From NCBI GenBank assembly GCA_964525295.1, contig CAZGEO010000002.1, forward strand, positions 1,230 to 65,229: a stretch of DNA of 64,000 nt, read 5' to 3'. The notes under the pieces are model-generated. The model did not search any database. It was not told the origin of the DNA and saw only the letters and a program-made list of their open reading frames with translations. The DNA is from an uncultured Candidatus Saccharibacteria bacterium. GTDB taxonomy: Bacteria > Patescibacteriota > Dojkabacteria > GCA-002793355. The position numbers and the translations under genes are program-made. This document shows, in pieces, positions 27,794 through 36,540 of the stretch. Numbering within the stretch: the first letter of the stretch is position 1; each line of letters opens with the position of its first letter.

Positions 27794-27822
27794 TTGACAA
27801 ACTATTTAGAGTGGTATATATT
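27794..27822 (+). promoter_or_regulatory. Sigma70-type promoter for the plus-strand element genes
   Basis: TTGACA at 27794-27799, 17-nt spacer, TATATT at 27817-27822. Divergent from the C-protein gene. Confidence 0.45.
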
Positions 27823-27860
27823 AGTATAGTGACAAACATTAATATATTTAACTCAATACT

Positions 27861-28640
27861 ATGAATATCGTAGATAAAACAATAAGTAACTTTGTAAAAC
27901 AGATGTATGAATGGGGTTTAACTTCCGATACAACAAATAGATATGATCTTTCCTCAGATACAGTTGTCGATTTGATTACAAAAAGCTCATGGAATATTGA
28001 ATTTGATAGAAAGAAACTCATTTACTATTCACGACATAGTTTTCTTCCCTCAGCTAAGAAAATGGGCTTAACCTCTGCACTTGGTGGAACAGTTGGTTAT
28101 CACAAAATCAAAGTACCAATGATGTTATGGTACATTCACCAGTTGTACAAACGAGGATATAAGCATGATGAAATACGCATCCATGTTTACAACTATTTTT
28201 CAAGCCAGTTGCCACCAAAACCAGTTGAAAATACTCCAATGGAAGAAAGAGTCCTCTACAATCTAAGACTTAATAAAAAGCTCTTTGTAGCCCTCCCAGT
28301 TGTTGAAGAAATGACTGTGTATACTCAAAAGGTATCAATACCATGTTGGAAACTAACAGTATTTGACTATTACCACTCAAAATTAGACCCATTCTATGTG
28401 GTTTTAATCCCTAAAAATAACTTAACAACTCAAGAAGCTAATATCCTTTCAGTTTTACGAACTGATAACGAGTATCTCAAACAAGAGGGATTTAAACGAG
28501 TTTCAATTGTTGATGGGGTATCAAGCATTGAATATCTTGAACCTTTAATGATTTACAAGAACTACGCCATGAAAACCGATAACGATAGTACCGATTATTT
28601 AGATTTATTAGATCAAAATATCTCTTATGACACAATCTAA
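27861..28640 (+). CDS. hypothetical protein (element cargo)
   Basis: 259 aa with no recognisable motif. Confidence 0.4.
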   Translation: MNIVDKTISNFVKQMYEWGLTSDTTNRYDLSSDTVVDLITKSSWNIEFDRKKLIYYSRHSFLPSAKKMGLTSALGGTVGYHKIKVPMMLWYIHQLYKRGYKHDEIRIHVYNYFSSQLPPKPVENTPMEERVLYNLRLNKKLFVALPVVEEMTVYTQKVSIPCWKLTVFDYYHSKLDPFYVVLIPKNNLTTQEANILSVLRTDNEYLKQEGFKRVSIVDGVSSIEYLEPLMIYKNYAMKTDNDSTDYLDLLDQNISYDTI

Positions 28641-28842
28641 AGTATCACCTGAACTAAAAAAACAATATCTTGAGCTATTACAAAGCCCTGAAATATACAA
28701 TATTCACTTGGAAGATCTCAAAAAGATAATTGAAGAATTTACAAAATTTGAGTTTGGTACTTACGAAATTAAAATATCAAATAAAAGGATTGATAGCACG
28801 ATATTACATATAAAAACAGGTAAAAGAAAAACGAAACAATAA
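28627..28842 (+). CDS. small hypothetical protein
   Basis: 71 aa, overlaps the upstream gene by 14 nt. Confidence 0.3.
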   Translation: MTQSKVSPELKKQYLELLQSPEIYNIHLEDLKKIIEEFTKFEFGTYEIKISNKRIDSTILHIKTGKRKTKQ

Positions 28843-28890
28843 GTAAATAATTTAGATATTAGCCCTCAGCTACCCTTAGTTGAGTTGTAG

Positions 28891-28967
28891 AGAGGTCTAA
28901 GTCTTAAAGGTCATTTGTTAAGCATAACGCTTACAGCCTTTTTGATTTAGACCTCTTTTTTGTTTTT
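28891..28967 (+). terminator. Candidate intrinsic terminator (10-bp stem AGAGGTCTAA/TTAGACCTCT with a structured loop, then TTTTTGTTTTT)
   Basis: Perfect 10-bp inverted repeat 28891-28900/28947-28956 followed by a T-run. Confidence 0.4.
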
Positions 28968-29146
28968 AAAACATATGAAGAAGCGAAAGCAGAAAACAAA
29001 AAATGAAAAAGTAATGCGTGAGTTTGCAAGAAACTGGATTCTGCTATTCCTTGAGCAAAATGGATATTCGCATTTAATTGGTAAATCTAAAAAGGTAACG
29101 AAATCGTCAGTAGATATAAACCCATTAAGCAACTTTTTGAAAAACA

Positions 29147-29935
29147 ATGATAAAAGCAAATAACCAAGACAAAGTAATATTTCGAGAGTTAGAAAAGCAA
29201 TACGGTTTTGCTCAAATTAGCCATTTAATAACGGAAGATAGATTGCTTTCAGACCTTGCAGTCAGAGTTTATTTAGCTTTGCTCAAATATGCCATGAATA
29301 AAAACTACTGCTTTCCAGGACAAGACAGACTATCCGAAACAATCGGCAAAAGCAGAAGCTCAGTATTTAGAGGATTAAATGAGCTTAGAAATCGTGGGCT
29401 TGTGTCTTGGAAAACACGAGGACTTAACAAAACGAATATGTATATCCTTGAGCCAATTTCAGAAATATATGCTGAAAAACTCAATACTATTGCGGATGTG
29501 TCAGAATTGCAACATCCAGATGTTGCAAAATTGACACATCAAGGTGAGTCAGATTTGACCTACAAAGAATATAAAGTTAAAGAAGAAAAGATTAAAAATA
29601 ATAAGTTAACGTTAAACGATGATTTTAAATCTTATTTAGAGGAAGCGATAGAACTAGCTAAAGAACTAAACGACCTCAAAAGCATCAAATATTATCAAAT
29701 GCTAATCAGCCAAAAGAACAAAGGCATTGTTAATTCAGAAGATATTACAGATTCTCTTATTTTTACACGCACTCAAATTCGTACAGCTCAAGTTGATGGA
29801 ACAAAACCTCTCAGCAATCCTGCTGGACTATTTGTAAAAACACTTAAAGATTTACAGGAGAAACGAAAACGCAAAGAGCAATTGGCAAAACTTGAAACTA
29901 TGAGGAATAAATTCTTAGAAAAATCTAAATTTTAA
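29147..29935 (+). CDS. HTH_36-type replication initiator / replisome organiser-like protein
   Basis: 262 aa. FPGQDRLSETIGKSRSSVFRGLNELRNRGLV matches the winged-HTH of plasmid/phage Rep proteins. Charged coiled-coil C-terminus. Confidence 0.5.
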   Translation: MIKANNQDKVIFRELEKQYGFAQISHLITEDRLLSDLAVRVYLALLKYAMNKNYCFPGQDRLSETIGKSRSSVFRGLNELRNRGLVSWKTRGLNKTNMYILEPISEIYAEKLNTIADVSELQHPDVAKLTHQGESDLTYKEYKVKEEKIKNNKLTLNDDFKSYLEEAIELAKELNDLKSIKYYQMLISQKNKGIVNSEDITDSLIFTRTQIRTAQVDGTKPLSNPAGLFVKTLKDLQEKRKRKEQLAKLETMRNKFLEKSKF

Positions 29936-30067
29936 CTATTAAAAACCATGATTGATAAAGTGTTGAATGTACCTCACCGAAAAGGGCTTTTGGAGGGATC
30001 CAGTTTCTCACCATGTTGTCAAATACGAAAGTTACGGTCTGTCGGACTTTTACAGAACCTCGTGACT

Positions 30068-30115
30068 GATTGGGTGGAAGACGAAACTGCGTTTCCTAAT
30101 GTCTTCCACCCAATC
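30068..30115. repeat. 15-bp perfect inverted repeat with an 18-nt loop containing a nested 5-bp hairpin (candidate replication origin or regulatory stem-loop)
   Basis: GATTGGGTGGAAGAC (30068-30082) and GTCTTCCACCCAATC (30101-30115). The loop holds GAAAC-TGC-GTTTC. Flanked by GAGGGA/TCCCTC. Locally GC-rich. Confidence 0.7.
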
Positions 30116-30219
30116 ACTCCCTCGACAACGATTAATGTGTGTGAGTTACACATTAAGTTCTGTGAAAAGTGTGTGATCGACAGACCTTACTTTATTTAAT
30201 TTTTTAGTTATTTATTTTT

Positions 30220-31197
30220 ATGAAAGACAGTTATATAGCAAAGTACAATGATATTGCGATATTAGGGATAGTTAATAGTTTTAGATTTTTACCGCTTCAA
30301 GTTTTGACTAAGATTTTGATTGAGAAGAAGTTATACGGAAGTTATCAAGCTGTTAGTAGAACAGTAAACAGATTAAGGGAACATGGATTAATTAGAACGA
30401 CTTACTATACCAACAATGCCAAAATTATATTTTTATCTCGTCTTGGGGCAAAACAGCTCGCAACTGGTACAGGTGTGAGTGAAGATTCCATTAATTGCCC
30501 TGAAAGGCTAACAGGTGTGAATTTCTTCGCATTGGAACATACAGTTAAAGTTGCAAATCTGTATTTATTACTGCTTCGAGAGTGTCAAAAACACAATTTA
30601 ATCCTCAGAAAATTTACAGGTGACCATTTTACACGGTACGAATATCAGTTTCGCAATACTTCATCGGGTAGGATTATCAAGCGATATGTAATGCCTGATG
30701 CAGAAGTTGAAATACAAATAGAAAATATCGTTTTTTCATTTTGGATTGAATACGACAGAGGAACGGAATATTCAAAAGATGTTGCGGTCAAATACATGAA
30801 ATACTTTGAATATTTTGATCAACTCAAACAACAAAAAGTTTATACTTATCCAAATATCCTCTTTATCACCGAAAGCACAAAAGAAAGACTTAAAAACCTT
30901 GTTGTATTTGAGCCTGAATATACAGGTAATTGGAGTTGGAGTCATGCCAGTATGAACTTCAAGAATGTTGTTTTAAAGGGTGTAACAATGGCAGATGATA
31001 TTCGCAGTATGACGGATTATGTTGTAGATGATTTTTTGCAAAAGGATAGATTTCTTTTTACCGACTATGCGACCTTTGAGCAAAAGGGATTGAGTACAGA
31101 GTTTCTCAATATGAACGCCGAAAACTTCGATTTACTTAATTTCATAAAAAAGGAAGTCGAAAAATTAACAGAAAATAAAAACGATGGTAGAATATAA
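30220..31197 (+). CDS. Replication-relaxation family-like protein (N-terminal wHTH)
   Basis: 325 aa. Its N-terminus resembles the winged-helix of plasmid replication-relaxation proteins. Confidence 0.35.
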   Translation: MKDSYIAKYNDIAILGIVNSFRFLPLQVLTKILIEKKLYGSYQAVSRTVNRLREHGLIRTTYYTNNAKIIFLSRLGAKQLATGTGVSEDSINCPERLTGVNFFALEHTVKVANLYLLLLRECQKHNLILRKFTGDHFTRYEYQFRNTSSGRIIKRYVMPDAEVEIQIENIVFSFWIEYDRGTEYSKDVAVKYMKYFEYFDQLKQQKVYTYPNILFITESTKERLKNLVVFEPEYTGNWSWSHASMNFKNVVLKGVTMADDIRSMTDYVVDDFLQKDRFLFTDYATFEQKGLSTEFLNMNAENFDLLNFIKKEVEKLTENKNDGRI

Positions 31198-31220
31198 GCG
31201 ACCACAACTTAAATATTTGC

Positions 31221-31493
31221 ATGACCCAAAAGCTATTAAAGGGTTATTTGATAGTAATAAGGGCTATTCGTACAATTTCATGCAAATGGAGTTGTGGTCA
31301 ACGAGTAGCCCTTTTTTGTTATGTAAATATGATGATTAGTAAAACATTAAATAAGAATATTAAACACGAACAAACAACCTATTCTGAGGAGGAAATAAGG
31401 CGGTTAGCCAAATATTTTGAGATATTAATAAAAATAAATGACCGTATTAAATTAGTTAAACAACCAAAATGCAAAACCAAGAAAATACAATAA
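31221..31493 (+). CDS. small hypothetical protein (possible recombination directionality factor)
   Basis: 90 aa basic protein immediately upstream of, and overlapping, the integrase start. Confidence 0.2.
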   Translation: MTQKLLKGYLIVIRAIRTISCKWSCGQRVALFCYVNMMISKTLNKNIKHEQTTYSEEEIRRLAKYFEILIKINDRIKLVKQPKCKTKKIQ

Positions 31494-33007
31494 AATCTGC
31501 GGTTATTTATACTCGTGTATCTACCGAAGACCAAGCTAAAAAGGACTTATCACTTCCTTACCAACTATCCCAATGCCAAGAATTTGCTAAACGAGAGGGC
31601 TATACAGTAATGGAACATTTTGAAGACCCTGGAAAATCAGGGAGAAATATTCAAAGACCATCGCTTCAATCAATGCTTCATTACATCACTGATAACAAGA
31701 TCAATGCAGTAATTGTTTACAAACAAGATAGGCTTTCAAGAAGTCAGGCTGACTTTTGGGGAATGATTGATTTATTTAAAAGAATAGGTACAGAATTCAT
31801 CTCAATTACTGAAAGATTCGGAAATACAGCAGAGGGAACTATCTCAATGGGTGTAATGTCATCATTTGCTCAATACTATTGTGATTATTTATCAGGCAAT
31901 GTTAAAAAAGGTCAAAAGCAAAAAGTTAATATTGGTTGGTGGCCAACATTTGCACCTTTAGGATATGAAAATTTTGGTGAAAAGAGTTTCAAGAAAATTA
32001 GACCAGTAAAAGAAATTGCAGAACAAGTTGTTCATGCCTTTAAATTGTTTGCAACTGGTCAATATTCAATTACAGAGCTTACAGAAACAATGATAAAACG
32101 AGGTATGACTTCAAATGGAGGAAACCCAATATCAAGAACAGCAATAGGTAGAATGTTAAGAAATCCTATCTATTATGGAAGCTTCTATTGGAACGGAGAG
32201 TTATACAAAGGAGAACATGAGCCAATACTCGACAAAGAACTTTTCGATAGCGTACAGGCGGTTCTAGACCTCAACAGAACGAAAGGTACAAGGGATTGTA
32301 AACACAATTTCATGTTAAGAGGCTATCTTTACTGTAAATGTGGTTCAATGCTTACAGGTGAGATTAAAACCAAGAATTACAAAAACGGAAATTCTCAACA
32401 ATTTGCATATTATGGTTGTAAGAGCAGAAAAAAATCAAAAGATTGCTCAAGAACATATATTGCTATGAATAAAATCGAAGATATGGTTACGGATTTATTC
32501 AAAAGTGTGCAGTTTTCTGATGAATTCAAAAAGATAGTATTGTCCGAAGCTAAAAAGATTATTTCTGAGATACGAGATACTGAAAGCGATGAAGAAAAGA
32601 TAATCAAGCAAAGGATAGCTAGACTTAATCTAAGAATGAAGAACGCAGAAGACGACCGCTTTGACCGAGTAATTACAAGAGAGCATTTCACACAAGTTTA
32701 TGAAAGGATAAAGGCAGAACTTGATGAAGCTAACATTGAGTTGTCAAAACTCAATAAAGACCATACAAAAACTATTAAAGTACTTGATGAACTACTTGCT
32801 TTTACTGATGATATTCAAAAATCGTATATTGAGGCTGATAATGAGCTTAAAAGAAGATATCTGCAAATCTTCTTTGAGAAAATAATTGTGAATGATGGAC
32901 AAATTGTTGATGTGATATACACACCTGCAATTTCTCAACTTTTAGAAATTGATCGAGTCCGAATAACGAATAACTGGCGGAGGGGGAGGGATTCGAACCC
33001 ACGATAG
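31469..33007 (+). CDS. Large serine recombinase (integrase)
   Basis: 512 aa. Resolvase catalytic domain AVIYTRVSTEDQ, recombinase domain, Cys-rich zinc ribbon (CKCGS..YYGCKSRKKSKDC) and coiled-coil. The last ~11 codons are encoded antisense to tRNA-Ser. Confidence 0.85.
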   Translation: MQNQENTIKSAVIYTRVSTEDQAKKDLSLPYQLSQCQEFAKREGYTVMEHFEDPGKSGRNIQRPSLQSMLHYITDNKINAVIVYKQDRLSRSQADFWGMIDLFKRIGTEFISITERFGNTAEGTISMGVMSSFAQYYCDYLSGNVKKGQKQKVNIGWWPTFAPLGYENFGEKSFKKIRPVKEIAEQVVHAFKLFATGQYSITELTETMIKRGMTSNGGNPISRTAIGRMLRNPIYYGSFYWNGELYKGEHEPILDKELFDSVQAVLDLNRTKGTRDCKHNFMLRGYLYCKCGSMLTGEIKTKNYKNGNSQQFAYYGCKSRKKSKDCSRTYIAMNKIEDMVTDLFKSVQFSDEFKKIVLSEAKKIISEIRDTESDEEKIIKQRIARLNLRMKNAEDDRFDRVITREHFTQVYERIKAELDEANIELSKLNKDHTKTIKVLDELLAFTDDIQKSYIEADNELKRRYLQIFFEKIIVNDGQIVDVIYTPAISQLLEIDRVRITNNWRRGRDSNPR

Positions 33008-33064
33008 GCATACACCTATATCAGTTTTCAAGACTGACGCCATCAACCACTCGGCCACCCCTCC
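32975..33064 (-). tRNA. tRNA-Ser (anticodon TGA), with encoded CCA
   Basis: 90-nt type II tRNA. GGAGGGG acceptor, 3-bp D stem, anticodon loop CTTGAAA, long variable arm (ATAGG/CCTAT), T loop TTCGAAT. The 3' 21 nt form the element attR core. Confidence 0.85.
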
Positions 33065-33129
33065 AATTTTTGAGAGAAATCAACGAAATCAGGTTGACAG
33101 CTGAATTATACCTCTTTTGAGAAAAAAGT

Positions 33130-34041
33130 TCAATTCAATGCTAGTTGCATTACAGGAATAATAACCGATCTTTCGGTTGATTGCTTAATTGTAGAGGAAG
33201 CTGATCCAGCATAGAAAAGTCTACCAGGAGCTATGCAAAAGGCATCGAACGTGACATTATCGGTAGGCGTTGGGTGAAAGTAATTATCGAGGGTTGAGAT
33301 TCTTGCATTGTGTAATGGAAGAGCCCAGGTAGATGAATTGGTAACCATTGAAAGTGGTGCCGATACGCCATTGATTGTACTAGCTACGTGCGCTAAAACG
33401 ATACATTCGCTATTGTTTGGTGCGCCGGAGATATTTCCTGAAACGGCTATCTTCTCCTGTGTAGCGACGAGAGTTTTTGGTAGTTGCAAAGCCTTTGTTA
33501 TTGGGGATGCTCCAACAAAGTAATAAATGTTCTCTGGTTTCAGATTTTTTGCGGTGGCGCTATGCAAATATGATGGAGAAATAACTCCACGGTCATCAGT
33601 TACCTTGTTTGTTAAAGCATTTTGTGAATTTCCGTGAGATAAAAGTGTTGGTTGTGGAGCTTCAGTCAGCCAGATGAGGGTAAACGACGAATCTGAAATA
33701 TTTGATAACAGTCCTGTTGTTGTTAGTTCAGTGTAAAAAGAGGGAGTCTGTTGTTTTGTAACTGTCGAGGGGGTCATTGTTTCAATCGGAATATATGGGG
33801 CAGGTGCTTGTAAAAGTGATTCAGCAACAGAAGAAAGTACACTAACTTGATCTATCTGCTCGGGTGTAGGAGAGGCCTCAACAATTGGAGTGTTTGGATA
33901 ATAAATTGTTGCTGATGCGTTACGCGTGTGACCATTTTTGATATAAGGGATAATTACCAAAAGAGCAAGAAAAGTTACAGAAACAACAAATATACCAATT
34001 GGAAAAACGATTGAGAATTTTTCGGGCAATTTCATACTCAC
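33130..34041 (-). CDS. Secreted hypothetical protein (N-terminal signal anchor), last gene of the T4SS-like module
   Basis: 303 aa. N-terminal hydrophobic helix, then a Ser/Thr/Pro-rich extracytoplasmic region. Confidence 0.45.
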   Translation of the reverse strand: MSMKLPEKFSIVFPIGIFVVSVTFLALLVIIPYIKNGHTRNASATIYYPNTPIVEASPTPEQIDQVSVLSSVAESLLQAPAPYIPIETMTPSTVTKQQTPSFYTELTTTGLLSNISDSSFTLIWLTEAPQPTLLSHGNSQNALTNKVTDDRGVISPSYLHSATAKNLKPENIYYFVGASPITKALQLPKTLVATQEKIAVSGNISGAPNNSECIVLAHVASTINGVSAPLSMVTNSSTWALPLHNARISTLDNYFHPTPTDNVTFDAFCIAPGRLFYAGSASSTIKQSTERSVIIPVMQLALN

Positions 34042-35906
34042 TCTGAACCTGGCTCAAATACTAAAGATCCCTCGCTGATATCTTCATCTCGGATTTCAAA
34101 ATTTTCAGCTTTCATCTTCGCTAATTCTTTCGGGTTTGAGGTAATTAATCTATGTTCAGCTCTACTTGCAATGATTGAGATTCCAACATGACTCTTTCCT
34201 GCGAAGAAAAGACCTTCACCGACCTTTGTACTGAGAACGAAACTGCGTTCACCTGAAGAGAGATTAAAAGTTCTTTCAATAATATCGATTGCAGCAGGGC
34301 TTTGCTTTAATAGAACTTGAATACTAGAGTTAGTCACAACCGCTTTGCCATATCTTGACGTAAGAAATTCGTCAACGTCTTGGCTGATTGTAGTTAACCC
34401 AAGATAATATTTTCTTCCACGTTTTGCAATACCGTACAGGAACTTGGCTGAATCTTCATACTGCATCATTGTCCAGGCTTCGTCTACAATGAGTATTCGG
34501 GGGCGAATGTCTTCGCGAACTCGGGTCCAGATGAAATCAAGAATCATGTACATTGCAATTGGGCGAAGGTCATCCTGCAAGTCACGAATGCTAAAGACGG
34601 TAAATTTGTTTTTAATATCTATGTTAGTACTCTGATTGAATACTCCGGCAGCGCTTCCGAACACGTACTTTTCAAGTCTAGCGGAAAGTGCTCGAGCTTC
34701 AGGCTCTGCCATTCCTTTGAGGATTTTATACAAGTCTTCAAGTAAAGGAGCAGGATTTTTCCATGTTTCAGGATCGTTGTTGATTCCTTTTTCGTTATAG
34801 GTAAGCATGAATGCTTTATCGAGAATAGAAACTTCGACATTGGTTAATTCACCGAGAAGGAGTTTAATTAATGTATGCAGTGACAAAACTTTGTCGCGCA
34901 GTACATTGCGAACACCTTCTTTAGACTCTTTTAGGAACTCGAACGGATTGATTTTTGATCCTTCATCTTGTGAGAAAGTAATGAATTCTCCATCGACAGC
35001 GCGTGCCAATTTCTCGTATTCATTTTCAGGGTCGATAATAATAATTTGTGTGCCTGTAAGAAGATAGCGTAGCGCCTCGAGTTTAACGAAGTAACTTTTA
35101 CCAGCACCAGATGTCGCAAATACGACCTCGTTTAAGTTGGGCATACTAAAACGATCAAATACTACCATGCTATTGTTGTGCATGTTGACTCCGTAAAGTA
35201 TTCCTTTATCCATGGTAAGATCAGACGTCACAAATGGAAAAGTCATGGCAATTGAAGTGGTGTCCATGTTACGTACACGGTAGATTTTGTCGAGCGCGTA
35301 GGGAAGTGTTGAGTCAAAACCTTCATCCATCTTGAGGGTAAGAGGTACAGCTTCAAGGCCAACTGCCTTTAAGGTTGATACGACATTTTTTGACATTGTT
35401 TCAAGCTGCTCGAGATTGTCCGAGTTCAATCGAATGTACATCCCCATATTGAAGAATTTCTCTTTTCCTGAGGCAACGTTGTCGATTAATTCTTGAGCAT
35501 CTTGGTAAGCGACCTTGCTCTTTGGGTCGAGAACGACACCCTTTTCGTATTGAGTAGACAAGGTCGCCTCGAGTTCTGCAATTTTCTTTTTAAGTTTGTC
35601 GATAACTTCGTCAGAATCGACCAAGTAGTAAAAAGTGCTGATCGCAAGGGAAGATTCGAAGTTAATGAGTGGTGAGAGCCAAGTTGAACGCACAACACGT
35701 GGGAAGTTCACCACCATGAGAATTCGATAATACCGATTGTTAACCTGCACGTGATTAAAATCTACCTCGTAATATTGAGGTGCTAGTAGATCAGCAATAG
35801 TGAATTCATCTGAAGCAAACTGTTGTTCCGCCTGTTCAATTTGAATCTGTTCAGAAGTCTTCTGTTCAGGTAAAAATGGAATTTTGAATGGGAGTTTGAA
35901 TGCCAT
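34038..35906 (-). CDS. VirB4/TrbE-family type IV secretion ATPase (Gram-positive PrgJ/TcpF-like)
   Basis: 622 aa. N-terminal YYRILMVVNFP motif, Walker A FATSGAGKSY, Walker B ILIVDEAW, and a downstream LTTISQ motif. Confidence 0.75.
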   Translation of the reverse strand: MAFKLPFKIPFLPEQKTSEQIQIEQAEQQFASDEFTIADLLAPQYYEVDFNHVQVNNRYYRILMVVNFPRVVRSTWLSPLINFESSLAISTFYYLVDSDEVIDKLKKKIAELEATLSTQYEKGVVLDPKSKVAYQDAQELIDNVASGKEKFFNMGMYIRLNSDNLEQLETMSKNVVSTLKAVGLEAVPLTLKMDEGFDSTLPYALDKIYRVRNMDTTSIAMTFPFVTSDLTMDKGILYGVNMHNNSMVVFDRFSMPNLNEVVFATSGAGKSYFVKLEALRYLLTGTQIIIIDPENEYEKLARAVDGEFITFSQDEGSKINPFEFLKESKEGVRNVLRDKVLSLHTLIKLLLGELTNVEVSILDKAFMLTYNEKGINNDPETWKNPAPLLEDLYKILKGMAEPEARALSARLEKYVFGSAAGVFNQSTNIDIKNKFTVFSIRDLQDDLRPIAMYMILDFIWTRVREDIRPRILIVDEAWTMMQYEDSAKFLYGIAKRGRKYYLGLTTISQDVDEFLTSRYGKAVVTNSSIQVLLKQSPAAIDIIERTFNLSSGERSFVLSTKVGEGLFFAGKSHVGISIIASRAEHRLITSNPKELAKMKAENFEIRDEDISEGSLVFEPGSE

Positions 35907-35907
35907 A

Positions 35908-36540
35908 TTATACGTAAATTTGAGGTAATCCTTCGAGCTGAATCGAAGAGTTTGGATTATACACAGAGTACAAGTATTTCGCTATTTCTGGGCTAGTCAT
36001 CTGTTCGCCGTCTAACCCCATTCCTTTAAGCATTTTTATTACGTGATATTTCTTAGGATAGAGGTAGTTGATAGCATTCTCAATCATTTTCTTCTTATCC
36101 TCAAATGGTGTTGCACTGGTGACGGTAGTCATTGTTCTAAATGGAATCACGATCATGAATTTTTTGTCGAGAATTTCTTTATTGGTGATAAGGTTTCGAA
36201 TGAATTGTTTATAGATAGTGAATTGGCGTTTTAAGCCAGGGCTGAGATCTGGAGTATCAAGTTCATCAAGATAATCGGCATATTTACTAATGTTGATCTT
36301 CCTTGTTTCAATTAAAATTTGTAGCTGAAAATCTAACGAATTGACCATATTTCCGAAAGAAGCTATTTTGATATCCTGTTCTTCTTCTGAAAGCAGATCG
36401 AAGTTAACAGAAGAGGTCATGATCAATAAACAAACCGTTCCATTTCTCGTTATTAATAAATCATTGATGATATCTGCTGCTTCAACTATGCCTTGAGTGC
36501 CAATTGCAATTGGGCTCGATCCTATGCCAGTTTCGCTCAT
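35908..36540 (-). CDS. T4SS-associated hypothetical protein (translationally coupled to virB4: TAATATG)
   Basis: 210 aa. Its stop is 1 nt from the VirB4 start. No TM. Confidence 0.4.
   Translation of the reverse strand: MSETGIGSSPIAIGTQGIVEAADIINDLLITRNGTVCLLIMTSSVNFDLLSEEEQDIKIASFGNMVNSLDFQLQILIETRKINISKYADYLDELDTPDLSPGLKRQFTIYKQFIRNLITNKEILDKKFMIVIPFRTMTTVTSATPFEDKKKMIENAINYLYPKKYHVIKMLKGMGLDGEQMTSPEIAKYLYSVYNPNSSIQLEGLPQIYV

Larger units (their letters stand above)
22391..32998. mobile_element. Integrated ~10.6 kb element at the 3' end of tRNA-Ser
   Basis: 21-bp perfect direct repeat CGGAGGGGGAGGGATTCGAAC at 22391-22411 and 32978-32998. The right copy is the 3' end of tRNA-Ser. Cargo: large serine recombinase, R-M operon with KAP NTPase, replication-type proteins. 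Confidence 0.75.

Noticed and set aside
29948-30199. 83-aa Cys-containing ORF between the Rep-like and relaxation-like genes
   Set aside because: It is laid directly over a 15-bp perfect inverted repeat and nested hairpins. Coding is not excluded (a possible zinc ribbon), but the structure-rich origin-like interpretation is favoured.
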